64,000 bases of DNA from Obrimoposthia wandeli (taxonomy: Eukaryota), in NCBI GenBank assembly GCA_977020255.1, contig CDROCS010005513.1, positions 1 through 64,000 on the forward strand, in the 5' to 3' direction. Positions 53,801-62,604 of this stretch are shown here, piece after piece; position 1 is the stretch's first letter; the number at the start of each line of letters is the position of its first letter. The translations under genes were made by a program, and so were the position numbers. The notes under the pieces were generated by a model. The model searched no databases and was not told the DNA's origin. It saw only the letters and a program-made list of their open reading frames with translations.

Positions 53801-54496
53801 AAAACCATTAATACTTTTAACCGGTTTATAAGCCATAAAACGAGAGAACGTTCGCGCGGCATTCATTGCCTCACGCTCAGAAACTGCATCGTGCTTGCCA
53901 CGTAACGCCCCGTATAAGCGACGTAGGTATTGCTTTTTAGTATCGTACTTTTCGATATTATTAGCATTCATACGGCTTTTTAAATGGTTATTTATTTTAT
54001 CTAAACCAATAACCTGGCGCTTGCCCTCAAGATCTTCTTGCAAAAAATCAGACAGGGTTAGTTGCTCACCGGCAACAATATAAAACTGTAAATCATTCTG
54101 ACGGGCTGTGGTTTGGTTTCCTGATTTTTCAATCGAAGCACTGATACCGATTACCGCAGTAAAAGCCTCACCAGACTCGCCTTCCGTCGGATGAAAAATG
54201 GCCGCTAAATAACCTACCGCACCATTCGGACGAGCATAACTGCCATCATCACAACCTAATACATACGACGCTAAGGTACGAACGTTTTTACCGCGCCCAC
54301 GCTGAGTCGCTTCGTCTTGACCTGGGTTATAATGGAATAAGGTATCGTGCGCCGCGGTCATCACAGTTTGAATCGCATCGGCGGCGGTTGTTTTACCCGA
54401 GCCGTTACCCCCAGATAATAAATTAATTGGACCAAAATCAAATTCTAGGGCAGGAATATTGCCCCAATTTACGTATACAAATTTCTTTAAAAACAC
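50855..54496 (-). CDS. jetC: SMC-family ATPase (Wadjet JetC / MksB type)
   Basis: Walker A GGNGSGKTT, long coiled coils with central hinge-like region, signature TGSGGQ, Walker B TVLVDEAFSKMD; 1213 aa. Confidence 0.85.
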   Translation of the reverse strand: MFLKKFVYVNWGNIPALEFDFGPINLLSGGNGSGKTTAADAIQTVMTAAHDTLFHYNPGQDEATQRGRGKNVRTLASYVLGCDDGSYARPNGAVGYLAAIFHPTEGESGEAFTAVIGISASIEKSGNQTTARQNDLQFYIVAGEQLTLSDFLQEDLEGKRQVIGLDKINNHLKSRMNANNIEKYDTKKQYLRRLYGALRGKHDAVSEREAMNAARTFSRFMAYKPVKSINGFVANEILEKKDLGDAIRSVSDLMKTIYSMESDAKRLQETINVLSSTKLTAKTYIDQWIDYNVLEYTAAKSRFLNDQQVYLKAKEKQQHLRDDLSGAEQDREQSQDRRSQLREQLIAMEAQRLGIDALQDKDKCEQKVESGKAQLQQQAMLLLEQDKASQFSLQATETLYKSLQKSTISVDLPSLGQRKLIDMAKNVAAIASEGAVDFPTLLGKDWVDLSPLEAHLETAQQNQQLMNQWRERWYSGELESSGIPLRDQLAKLVDRREQKVQQVQRQIAQKQNDIDSLEARELNYPHFVRIALETIRRECPQAEPCVLADYVEITDPDWQSAIEGYIGGARFSIIVESEYEAEAARIVRSIQGGSRARVVQGSKAKKDCDRMKLADNSIINLMSFEHATARHYLQASYGSVEQVRDVTALRQTRRGVTKEGLGSGSYSIYRCDLNDAELVFGQGARERALAAKQSEFGSLIDQANDAQVSAKQAQDILFAVNSLRHVVFANSIKEMLETHYKIQQAETALAKVDLSDFSSLEEEFAVLKKKGDELDQQIQLLDGSTGRIEQQLKDSERLCKKLSDQQEETSYVADGKEDNLRKIVSVWPEFDAEARLKEADEDAANSPADSIENHRKSVYSEMNAKVHEIERNIADHNQTCQTIDAIVYDPNYREEHGVLFFKDVCGLQREVDRVHNRLRNNILVEKQDKLTGLKESFNNAFVTNLCHSIYQSINDGKRVLEELNKELAHHKFGADKECYWFDWEWVPEYKEYFQFFDEVIKSPSLGDGATLFDAGLSKNSQRVRDQLMAMLLDEDEVKAMRELERISDYRNYRAYEIYKQPLNKDPIALSQYGTGSGGQLETPAYIIRSAAITSAFRFNEGDTHLRTVLVDEAFSKMDETRSKEVINYLTEALGLQLSFIMPTSKAGPFMDLISNQFVFSKVPLANGVKKGELQTKVLVDRQECNQDRIKELWANHRQSIRHQAGLDFMEEFS

Positions 54497-54506
54497 AATT
54501 TATTCC

Positions 54507-55418
54507 TTATTCCGCAAACAAGCTGGTTGTCTTACTTTTAGGCTTTTCTTCAGACAAGAGTTCAGGCTCTTCTTCAGACAAACTTGCAGGTTCTGTTGCA
54601 TCCTGATTCTCAGCAACCACTTCTTCTGTTACTTCTTCATATTCAGTTTCCGCGTTTGCCGATGTTTCTACGCTTTCACTATCAGAGCTTTCACTATCAG
54701 AGCTTTCAACATCAGTACTTCCAGCCTCAAAACCTTCAACATCACTGCTTTCTATCTCAGCATCTTCTTCATCAGACGCTTCAGCAGAGGTTTGCTCATT
54801 TTCAATTAAATCAGCTAATACTTGCTCACTTACGTAACTCATAATCATGGGACGGATACGCATCCACATATCACCATCATCTAGACGATCTTCGTTGGCA
54901 ATTTGAATTAAACGCAATTGTTTTAAGCGGCGGAATAGCTGTTTACGTTCTGTCATATTGTCAGGCAGAGTGCGTTTCAATAAATTCTTAATCGCAATAC
55001 TGAGTGATTCCAACGAGACCATAACGCAGCCTTGCTCATCAACCTGGCCTTCACGTAACGCTTTATCGTACTGAGCACGCAATACCAAAATCAGTGCAAC
55101 TTCATTTTGGTTCAAGCGCATGCGTAAACCTGGGCTCTGAATGGCGTTAGGTTCATCCTGTACACCAGGGATTTGAGCACCCGGTGGGTATAATCGAATA
55201 AACTGAAAACGCTTATCGTGCTGCACACGCACACCAATTAATTCAAGGTAATCAGAAACAATTTCTTCTAAGCGCAAATAGCGATCATAAAGCTGTTGCT
55301 CGATCTGACTTTCATCACGACAAATCACACCATAATCTAATAATCGAATTAATAACTCAGATAACTCGCGGCGATCTAGGCCTTGTTTCTCTAATTTTTG
55401 CTCAATAAAATGCAACAT
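54507..55418 (-). CDS. jetB: DUF4194 KITE subunit (JetB/MksE type) with acidic low-complexity tail
   Basis: [35 protein letters not shown]...WMRIRPMI; tail contains tandem 15-bp ESSDS repeats. Confidence 0.78.
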   Translation of the reverse strand: MLHFIEQKLEKQGLDRRELSELLIRLLDYGVICRDESQIEQQLYDRYLRLEEIVSDYLELIGVRVQHDKRFQFIRLYPPGAQIPGVQDEPNAIQSPGLRMRLNQNEVALILVLRAQYDKALREGQVDEQGCVMVSLESLSIAIKNLLKRTLPDNMTERKQLFRRLKQLRLIQIANEDRLDDGDMWMRIRPMIMSYVSEQVLADLIENEQTSAEASDEEDAEIESSDVEGFEAGSTDVESSDSESSDSESVETSANAETEYEEVTEEVVAENQDATEPASLSEEEPELLSEEKPKSKTTSLFAE

Positions 55419-55432
55419 TATTCTTCTCTCTA

Positions 55433-56989
55433 CTACTGAGCGCCAGTTTTAATACGGGGATCGCTGTGAATTAATTCCACGGTAAAGTGGTCTTTCTGGC
55501 TAAAATAGTGTGATTCATGTGAGTCACTGTCCAGATCATCTTTTTCTGTGCTTTGATACGTCATCACAAATTCAAAATCTGATGACAGACTGCTGCTTGA
55601 TGCTAAGCCAATGGCATTCGCAACCGCTAAAAAATCTTTGGCACTCTCAATCGGTAAGTCTTTAGTAGAAACCACCTTTCCCGACATCAAATGCTTCTGC
55701 ATATAACTGCGCAACGCATTATTATTAATGAAGAAAGCTTGATCTAAAACTTGCTGTACATAAATATCTTTACGCGCATCCATATCAAACGCTTCATTAC
55801 CTTCATCCAAATCAGCTTCAATAATTCGACGCTTACGAGGGGGAGTTAGGCGCACTTGCGCGGGGTCAACTAAGGCGACTTCTGGCACACTCATTAACCG
55901 ACCTGCAGCCATCAGTTGTTTATTCTGATCTTTGGGATCTAATTCAGATAGACGCTTACATACGCTGAGTACGTCGTTGTGCTGCTGCGACGCGAGATAA
56001 CTCATTTGACGAATAATAATATCCGCTCGCTTAGTGAATCCTTGCAGGGCTTTACGCAACGCTGGCAGCATTACATCACTGGCATTTCGAATACGCTGAT
56101 CAATACCATCAAGAATGGTCCATAAAACAGACGTGCCGGGCTGTATTAATTCAGGTAATAAATCACGCAAACGGGCTTCGGCTTTCGCTTTATAGGCTTT
56201 ATTTTTATTACGCACCTGATCTAATAATTCGTTGATTCGATCACGGTGTTTCTCAACGTTATCTGCCGAGAGTCGAACGGCCAGATCAGGCTGAAAGCGT
56301 TTTTCCATAAAATCAAAAAATTCTTCACTCGCGCGCTGAACCAATACTTTATCTTCCATCTCACGCACTAAATCACGCTTACGCTCTTCTAGCTCGGAGA
56401 TTACATCGGTAAAATCACTGATAATTCGCTCTGAGTATTCAAAAGCATCCAGCAAGTCGTAGACTTCCCCACGCTCTAAAAAGGCTTCTAAGGAATTACG
56501 AGTATTACGAGTATTACGATGACGAGTACGCGCGGAAGCACGGCTTTCAGAAATAAAGGGATCAACAAACTGGCGGCCGTAACGGCTAAAGGCAAAGGTG
56601 CTTTGCAAGGTCGCTTCATCAACCTGCTTTTCCATCCAGCCAAATTCTATTAGCTGGTTAAGCACCCAGCCCGCTTGCTCGCGGCTATTTCGAAAGCGAC
56701 TTTCCTTAGCAGCATCTTTAGTACTGTCTTTGGGACGGTCTTTAGAATTATCGCTACCTGCGACTTTCAAGAAGTCATCGGTATCATCACCATCAGCGAG
56801 TATAGGGGCCCGCACTAAAGCTTCTTGGAAGATTTCAATCACTATGTCGCGCTGCAAAGCCTGGCCGTAATCGGCACTGCTGCTACTATATAGGCGCTGA
56901 TACAGCTCTTTTAGACACTCCAATACCTGAGCGCGGTACTTGCTCGTTAAAGGGCGGAAGAACTGCCCTCTTTCTTGATCAAAAAACAT
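55433..56989 (-). CDS. jetA: Kleisin-like subunit (JetA/MksF type)
   Basis: First gene of the operon; [19 protein letters not shown], winged-helix-like [14 protein letters not shown] at 56989 preferred. Assignment rests partly on synteny. Confidence 0.72.
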   Translation of the reverse strand: MFFDQERGQFFRPLTSKYRAQVLECLKELYQRLYSSSSADYGQALQRDIVIEIFQEALVRAPILADGDDTDDFLKVAGSDNSKDRPKDSTKDAAKESRFRNSREQAGWVLNQLIEFGWMEKQVDEATLQSTFAFSRYGRQFVDPFISESRASARTRHRNTRNTRNSLEAFLERGEVYDLLDAFEYSERIISDFTDVISELEERKRDLVREMEDKVLVQRASEEFFDFMEKRFQPDLAVRLSADNVEKHRDRINELLDQVRNKNKAYKAKAEARLRDLLPELIQPGTSVLWTILDGIDQRIRNASDVMLPALRKALQGFTKRADIIIRQMSYLASQQHNDVLSVCKRLSELDPKDQNKQLMAAGRLMSVPEVALVDPAQVRLTPPRKRRIIEADLDEGNEAFDMDARKDIYVQQVLDQAFFINNNALRSYMQKHLMSGKVVSTKDLPIESAKDFLAVANAIGLASSSSLSSDFEFVMTYQSTEKDDLDSDSHESHYFSQKDHFTVELIHSDPRIKTGAQ

Positions 56990-57185
56990 ACAAATAATAA
57001 TGCCAGTTAAATTCGAATCACCTAGATTAATCAATGCGGCAGCCCAAGGCTAGTATTGCTTTAAAGTGATTGAATATTTGTCCGTCATAAGCCGACGACA
57101 ATGCTGGCTTTGAGCACCAGACCATAGAGAAATGCTACATACTGTTACTATGGGAGAAAAATGATACGTATTTCAAGGGATTGGC

Positions 57186-59121
57186 ATGCTAGGACGCATA
57201 TTCAACATTTTTTCGCTATTTCTTCTTTTGGGCATATCCAACCTTTATGCTTCAAGCTATACCCTAAGCCAACCCGGCAATCATGAACTAGGCCAAGCCA
57301 TCGAATATTGGCAGGAAACTTCAGAGCGTATATCCCTCGAACAAGCCAGCCAGCAACCACTCTGGCAAGCCTCCGGCACCGATAATATCAACCTTGGCTT
57401 CAGCTCATCGCCTTATTGGTTTAAAACCACGATCAACCACCAGCAAACCCAGTTAGACTGGTTTATTCGTATTACCTACCCGCCTCTTGATTATATTAAT
57501 GTTTACGTCTGTGATAGAGAAGTTATTACCGATAGAGAACAACAATGCCAAACGTCACAACTCGGTGATAGGCTCCCTTTTTCCCAGAGAGAACGCTTTA
57601 ATCCAAACTACGTTATCCCTGTCACTCTCGCCGCTGGTATGAATTATATTTATTTGGAAGTCATTACCGAAGGCTCTTATCAACTGCCTATTTCTCTTAT
57701 CGATAGGCACTCGCTTGATGATTATCTCGCTAGCAATGATTTTTTTCGCGGTGGCTATTTAACACTCATGCTGGTCATGATGCTGTACAACCTTTTCATC
57801 TACTTCATGACTCGCTCTAGAACTTACTTATTCTATAGTGGCTTTGTTTTCTCTTTTGCTTTATTCCACATGACTTATGAAGGCTCAGGCTTTCAATTTT
57901 TATGGCCACAATTCCCCGCCTTTAATCAATATGCGATGCCTATTGCATTCGCTTTTAATCAAATTTTTACTATTTTATTTGTCGTTAAATTTTTAAATTT
58001 AAAGCACATAAACCGCAAAAATTACTATTATTTTAATGCTCTACTCGTGCTGGCTATATTGACCTTAATTTTGGTGCCCATAATCCCTTATAAATTCTTT
58101 ATTCCTCTTCAAAATTTATTAAGTATTACGATTACCTGTTCAGCATTTTATCTTGGCTTAAAGTATTCTCGTGAAAAACAATCAGCGGCGCGTCTATTCA
58201 CCATCGCATGGGCTGTTTTAATTACAGGTATGGTGACAGCAAACCTGCGCACATTAGGAATTTTACCGGGTAATTTCTTCACTCAATATGGCTATCAGAT
58301 AGGTTCTTTTATCGAAATAATCCTGCTATCCCTGGCATTAGGAGAGCGAATCCAAAGGTTGCAACTTGATCGTATACACGCGAAGCAAGCATTAGTGCAC
58401 GAGAAACAAGAAAAGATGATTGCGCTACAACAACTGATTGCCGGTGTTTGTCATGAGATGAATACGCCAATTGGCAATATTAGTCTTTCGAATTCCTACT
58501 TATCTGACATGACAGACCAACTCAAAGAATACGACATTGCAACACTGCAGCCATCGATATTACTAGAGCATATTGAAGATCAGGCGACAGCGATCGGTAT
58601 GATTAAGTCTTCCACGTCTGCACTGAGCAGTTTAACTCAGATTTTTAGAAGTATTAAAATAGATGAAGAAGAGCACCCACAGCTTAATTTTGATTTAAGC
58701 CAGTTAATTCGCAATAAAGCAGATTCATTTAAAGATAAAGCGTCTTTTCAATTAGACTTGCCAGAACAGCTCATCATCAATTCTTATCCAAGTGCATTTC
58801 ATCTTATATTTGATCAACTAATTATCAACAGCTTAGATCATTACCCCAAGGCACAGCAAACCTCGTAATTAGTATTAAGATACAAAAACAAAAAATTTCA
58901 ATTTTTCAGATAATGGCAAGAATTTGCCTGAAGAAGAGCTAGATCAACTGTTTTTTCCTTTTTTCACTAAGGCTAGAGGACTTAATAAAAAGTTAGGCCT
59001 TGGCATGTATCAAGTAAAAAACATCGTTACCGATTTATTAAATGGTACGATTAAGGCCTCTACATCGAATACTGGCGGGCTACAATTGTCCTTGTTTATT
59101 CCTTATAATGACAAACCGTAA
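57186..59121 (+). pseudogene. 7TM-DISM sensor histidine kinase with frameshifted ATPase domain
   Basis: DISMED2 motifs (NLGFSSSPYWF, PPLDYI), 7TM region, H-box HEMNTP. Stop at 58868. SDNGKN, FFPFFTK and LGLGM continue in another frame (58879-59121). Confidence 0.75.
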
Positions 59122-59139
59122 CTATTCAGGTGGTTCAAA

Positions 59140-59743
59140 TTAAGACAGAGTTAAGTCTATTATTTTTTGTAGAGCAAATATGCGAGTCTCACGCTTCTTC
59201 TCATAATTGGCTAAAGCCTTACGCATTTTTGCTAAACATCCCATCATGGATCGTTTTTTAAACGCTAGGTCTTCTTTTTTTCGAGCATTCTTGCAGGCTA
59301 GCCTTTTTTTCTTTGCGACGAAGCTCGCGCTTTTTTTTTATTTTTTAGCTCGAGCCTTTGACGCATTCTTTTTTTTCTAATTGCTTCACGTTGCCTAAAG
59401 GCGATCTTTTTATCTCGGGCTTTTTACAGCTGTTTTCTCTTTCCGAACGTTCACTGCAGCTAGCTGATTTTGCGTAACAGATTTTTGATGATTTCTGAGC
59501 TCGCAGTTTTTGCTATTTCTTTCTATTTTCTCAGCTGTATAGCCCTTTTGAATCAACCCATTGGTAGATTTTTTGAACTCAGAAGACTGAATAGGTTTCA
59601 AAGATTGAATAACCCTCTATTTTTCTGGTAGGACTGAAAAAACTATGCCCTTGCGAATCGACCCACTGGTAAATTTCACCTTGAGTTTGAGCACTAAAGA
59701 ATAAAAGAACATAAATTATTAGTTTCAAAAAATCAAAAGACAT
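59140..59743 (-). pseudogene. DUF4124-like exported protein broken by several frameshifts; end approximate
   Basis: Signal peptide then EIYQWVDSQG. Lys-rich coiled-coil fragments switch frame at A/T homopolymers. Confidence 0.55.
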
Positions 59744-60044
59744 AAATCCTCTTTTTAGCGCATTTTCAAGCATTGATAAACAGCTAAACGATAAATTAAA
59801 TTAAATAATAACCAATCTTTCAAATTCAACACTCGTTATTTCGTCGTATTTAATCCTAAGCTAAAGTCCGATAGGATGTCATCCAGAATAATTATATTAA
59901 TATTCCAACGAGAGCGTATAAATGTTTGAAAAATGCGCAGATTGGATAGCCGCTACTGTAGTGATTTGCATGTCACCTTTAATCATTGCAATAGCAGACC
60001 GACTATTAACATTTTAATTTATTGAGAACGACTCAGTTCCATCT

Positions 60045-60314
60045 TTGCAAGGAAGCAAAATGCCATTCGCGATTAGGGTCACGACCTTCGTTAATAAAAC
60101 CAAAATTGACTCATACTTGGTCGAAGTGACCGATAAAGAAGTAATCACTAGCCCTAGATTGATTAGAGCTGCAATATTTTGGCGTGAAGCCGATTGTAAA
60201 CCTCACATCAAAGCCTTTCGAAACATTTCCGAGCAAGGCTTAGCAAGAGCGGTAGAAATAACCTCCGATAGCGAAACAGACCTAGGTCAGATTTCTTCAT
60301 CACTGCTAGTTTAA
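60045..60314 (+). CDS. Possible hypothetical protein
   Basis: 89-aa ORF filling the gap before the convergent ArsR gene; no motif recognised. Confidence 0.35.
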   Translation: MQGSKMPFAIRVTTFVNKTKIDSYLVEVTDKEVITSPRLIRAAIFWREADCKPHIKAFRNISEQGLARAVEITSDSETDLGQISSSLLV

Positions 60315-60317
60315 AAC

Positions 60318-60629
60318 TTATTCACTGAAAAAAAGACTGAGCTGATTTTGCATCGCTTCGTTCAAATGGCAAGTCACGTACTTGCCATTTTTTTCAACAC
60401 TGACCAAGCCCGCATCAACCAATTCCTTTACATGGTGCGATACGGTCGGCGCACCGACACTCAACTTACCAATCAAATCTGCAATACCACAGCCCGCTTC
60501 CGGTGCTGTAATACCAGAATGACGATGAGCAAGAACTTCTAAATAAATTTGCAACCGATTTGGGTTCGATAACGCTTTAAACGCTCGACTCAAGGTCTTT
60601 ACATCAACTTTTTTACTCGCAATCACCAC
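60318..60629 (-). CDS. ArsR/SmtB-family transcriptional regulator
   Basis: FKALSNPNRLQIY, APTVSHHVKELVDAGLV. Confidence 0.9.
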   Translation of the reverse strand: MVIASKKVDVKTLSRAFKALSNPNRLQIYLEVLAHRHSGITAPEAGCGIADLIGKLSVGAPTVSHHVKELVDAGLVSVEKNGKYVTCHLNEAMQNQLSLFFSE

Positions 60630-60727
60630 GACAACCCACTCTCATTAACACAATAATTCAGTGTAACCATATTCCATTAAGATTAATAGTTTGACAACTA
60701 TCGAAGTGTATTTTAAAGTCTAGTTAG

Positions 60728-60743
60728 TTCGATACCTATCGAA
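60728..60743. promoter_or_regulatory. Candidate ArsR operator
   Basis: TTCGATA-CC-TATCGAA palindrome plus an extra TATCGAA half-site at ~60699, in the divergent promoter region. Confidence 0.55.
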
Positions 60744-60805
60744 ATATAACATTATATAAAGCGGTTAACCGATACAAAACCTATCAATAATAACAGGACT
60801 CATTC

Positions 60806-61588
60806 ATGAAACGTCTTAGCGGTAAAACTGCACTCATTACTGGCGCCTCAAGCGGCATCGGCGAAACGATGGCAAGACAGCTTGCCGCATTGTCTTGCCC
60901 ACTTATACTGGTTGCCCGCCGCACGGATCGCCTGGAAAGTCTAAAGCATGAGCTTGAGCAAAAACACAACATCAGTGTTACTACCATCAGTATCGATCTT
61001 TCTATCGCAGGCTCTGCACAATCACTTTACGATCAATGCCAAGCCAGTGGTATTCAAGTCGACATATTAATTAATAACGCAGGCTTCGCCAAACACGGTT
61101 ATATGCTGGACATTCCTCTCGCCGTTCATCAAGAAATGATTCAATTAATGGTCACCACGTTAACCGAGCTGACCTACCTATTCGGCCAAGATATGCGACA
61201 GCGTAAAGACGGCCATATTTTATTAGTGTCTTCACTGCTTGGATTTCTTCCAGGGCCGCAATTTTCAACCTACGCCGCAATTAAAGCGTATGCCTTAAAC
61301 CTAGCCGATTCTTTAGTCAGAGAATTCAAGCAAGACAACGTTCGTATAACCGCCTTATGCCCAGGCGGCACAGCAACAGAATTTATGGATGTATCAGGGC
61401 AGAAAATTGAAGGAATTCGCAACCTCGCCATCATGTCGAGTGATCATGTTGCTCGCGCGGGTTTGAACGCATTGGCCAAAGGACAAGGCAATGTCGTTCC
61501 CGGCATTTTATATAAACTTTCAGTATTTGGCCTGCGTTTTGTTCCGCGTAACTTACAAGCAGTGTTTGGAGAAATGGCAACAAAATGA
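60806..61588 (+). CDS. Short-chain dehydrogenase/reductase
   Basis: TGASSGIG, NNAG, catalytic YAAIK. Confidence 0.9.
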   Translation: MKRLSGKTALITGASSGIGETMARQLAALSCPLILVARRTDRLESLKHELEQKHNISVTTISIDLSIAGSAQSLYDQCQASGIQVDILINNAGFAKHGYMLDIPLAVHQEMIQLMVTTLTELTYLFGQDMRQRKDGHILLVSSLLGFLPGPQFSTYAAIKAYALNLADSLVREFKQDNVRITALCPGGTATEFMDVSGQKIEGIRNLAIMSSDHVARAGLNALAKGQGNVVPGILYKLSVFGLRFVPRNLQAVFGEMATK

Positions 61589-62604
61589 ATATATTAATTG
61601 TTGGCGCTGGTGCGGTGGGTTTGGTGTATGGCCATCATTTTGCAAATGCGGGTCATCAGGTTACTTTTTTAGTAAAAGAAAAATACCAGCGGGCACTGGA
61701 AGATGAAAAGAAAAAAGGGGTGGTGCTGTATCACCTCAATAAAGACAAACATTTACAACAGCCGTTACGATTTACTAATTTTTCAACCATCACTGAGTGG
61801 CATGATGCAGAGGGCTTTGATCTCATTGCCCTCAGTATTTCATCGACCGCTCTGCGTCAGCTGCCGTTATCCATTATCAATAACAAGATTGAAGCTTCGA
61901 TAAATTCTGTCAGTTTATTAATGCTACAGCCGAGTGAAGAAGATTTAGAATACCTCACAACCGTGATTGCCAAAGAGCATATTCTGCAAGGCATGATCAC
62001 GCTCATTAGCTATCAAACCGACCATATTAACGACAATATTAATCCTGCGGGTACAGCCTATTATTTACCGCCCTTGCCGATGCCTATTTCGGCAAGTCAA
62101 CCGCTAGAACAGCAGAAACAAGATGGTTTTAAACTTAAAGAAGTAGTAACTCTGTTTAATCAATCCGGAATTAAAGCGAAAGCCGTTAACAGCGCACTCG
62201 ATGAATCTAGGTTAATATCGGCCTTCTTTATGACATTCCTGTGCGCCCTTGAAGCGGCTGATTGGCAGTTCGAGCGCCTTAGAAATTCAGCTAGGTTATT
62301 GCAGCAACTGAGCGCCGCGCAAACAGAGTTATTGCCGCAAAAGATAATCGCTAACGGTGTATTCACGCCGTTAAAAAAACGACTATTAACCGCGCTATTA
62401 AAACCTTGGCTTTATAAAATGCTTATAAAAATTTCACCGCGAGTGATTCCCTTGCCACTAGAGGCGTATCTTAAAAAGCACTTCCTTAAAGTGCGCCCAC
62501 AAACGTTAATGTATTTGCAGGATTATCAGACTGCCTATCCCTCAGAGGCGGTAGCGGAGTTAGTGGCTTTAATTACTGAAAAAAGTACTAAGCAGGCGTA
62601 TTGA
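61585..62604 (+). CDS. Ketopantoate-reductase-like Rossmann protein (divergent)
   Basis: ILIVGAGAVGLVYGHHF N-terminal fold; 4-bp overlap with the SDR; C-terminal half unlike canonical PanE. Confidence 0.65.
   Translation: MNILIVGAGAVGLVYGHHFANAGHQVTFLVKEKYQRALEDEKKKGVVLYHLNKDKHLQQPLRFTNFSTITEWHDAEGFDLIALSISSTALRQLPLSIINNKIEASINSVSLLMLQPSEEDLEYLTTVIAKEHILQGMITLISYQTDHINDNINPAGTAYYLPPLPMPISASQPLEQQKQDGFKLKEVVTLFNQSGIKAKAVNSALDESRLISAFFMTFLCALEAADWQFERLRNSARLLQQLSAAQTELLPQKIIANGVFTPLKKRLLTALLKPWLYKMLIKISPRVIPLPLEAYLKKHFLKVRPQTLMYLQDYQTAYPSEAVAELVALITEKSTKQAY

Noticed and set aside
54535-54715. Short direct repeats as a CRISPR-like or mobile feature
   Set aside because: They are in-frame 15-bp units encoding the acidic JetB tail, with no unique spacers.
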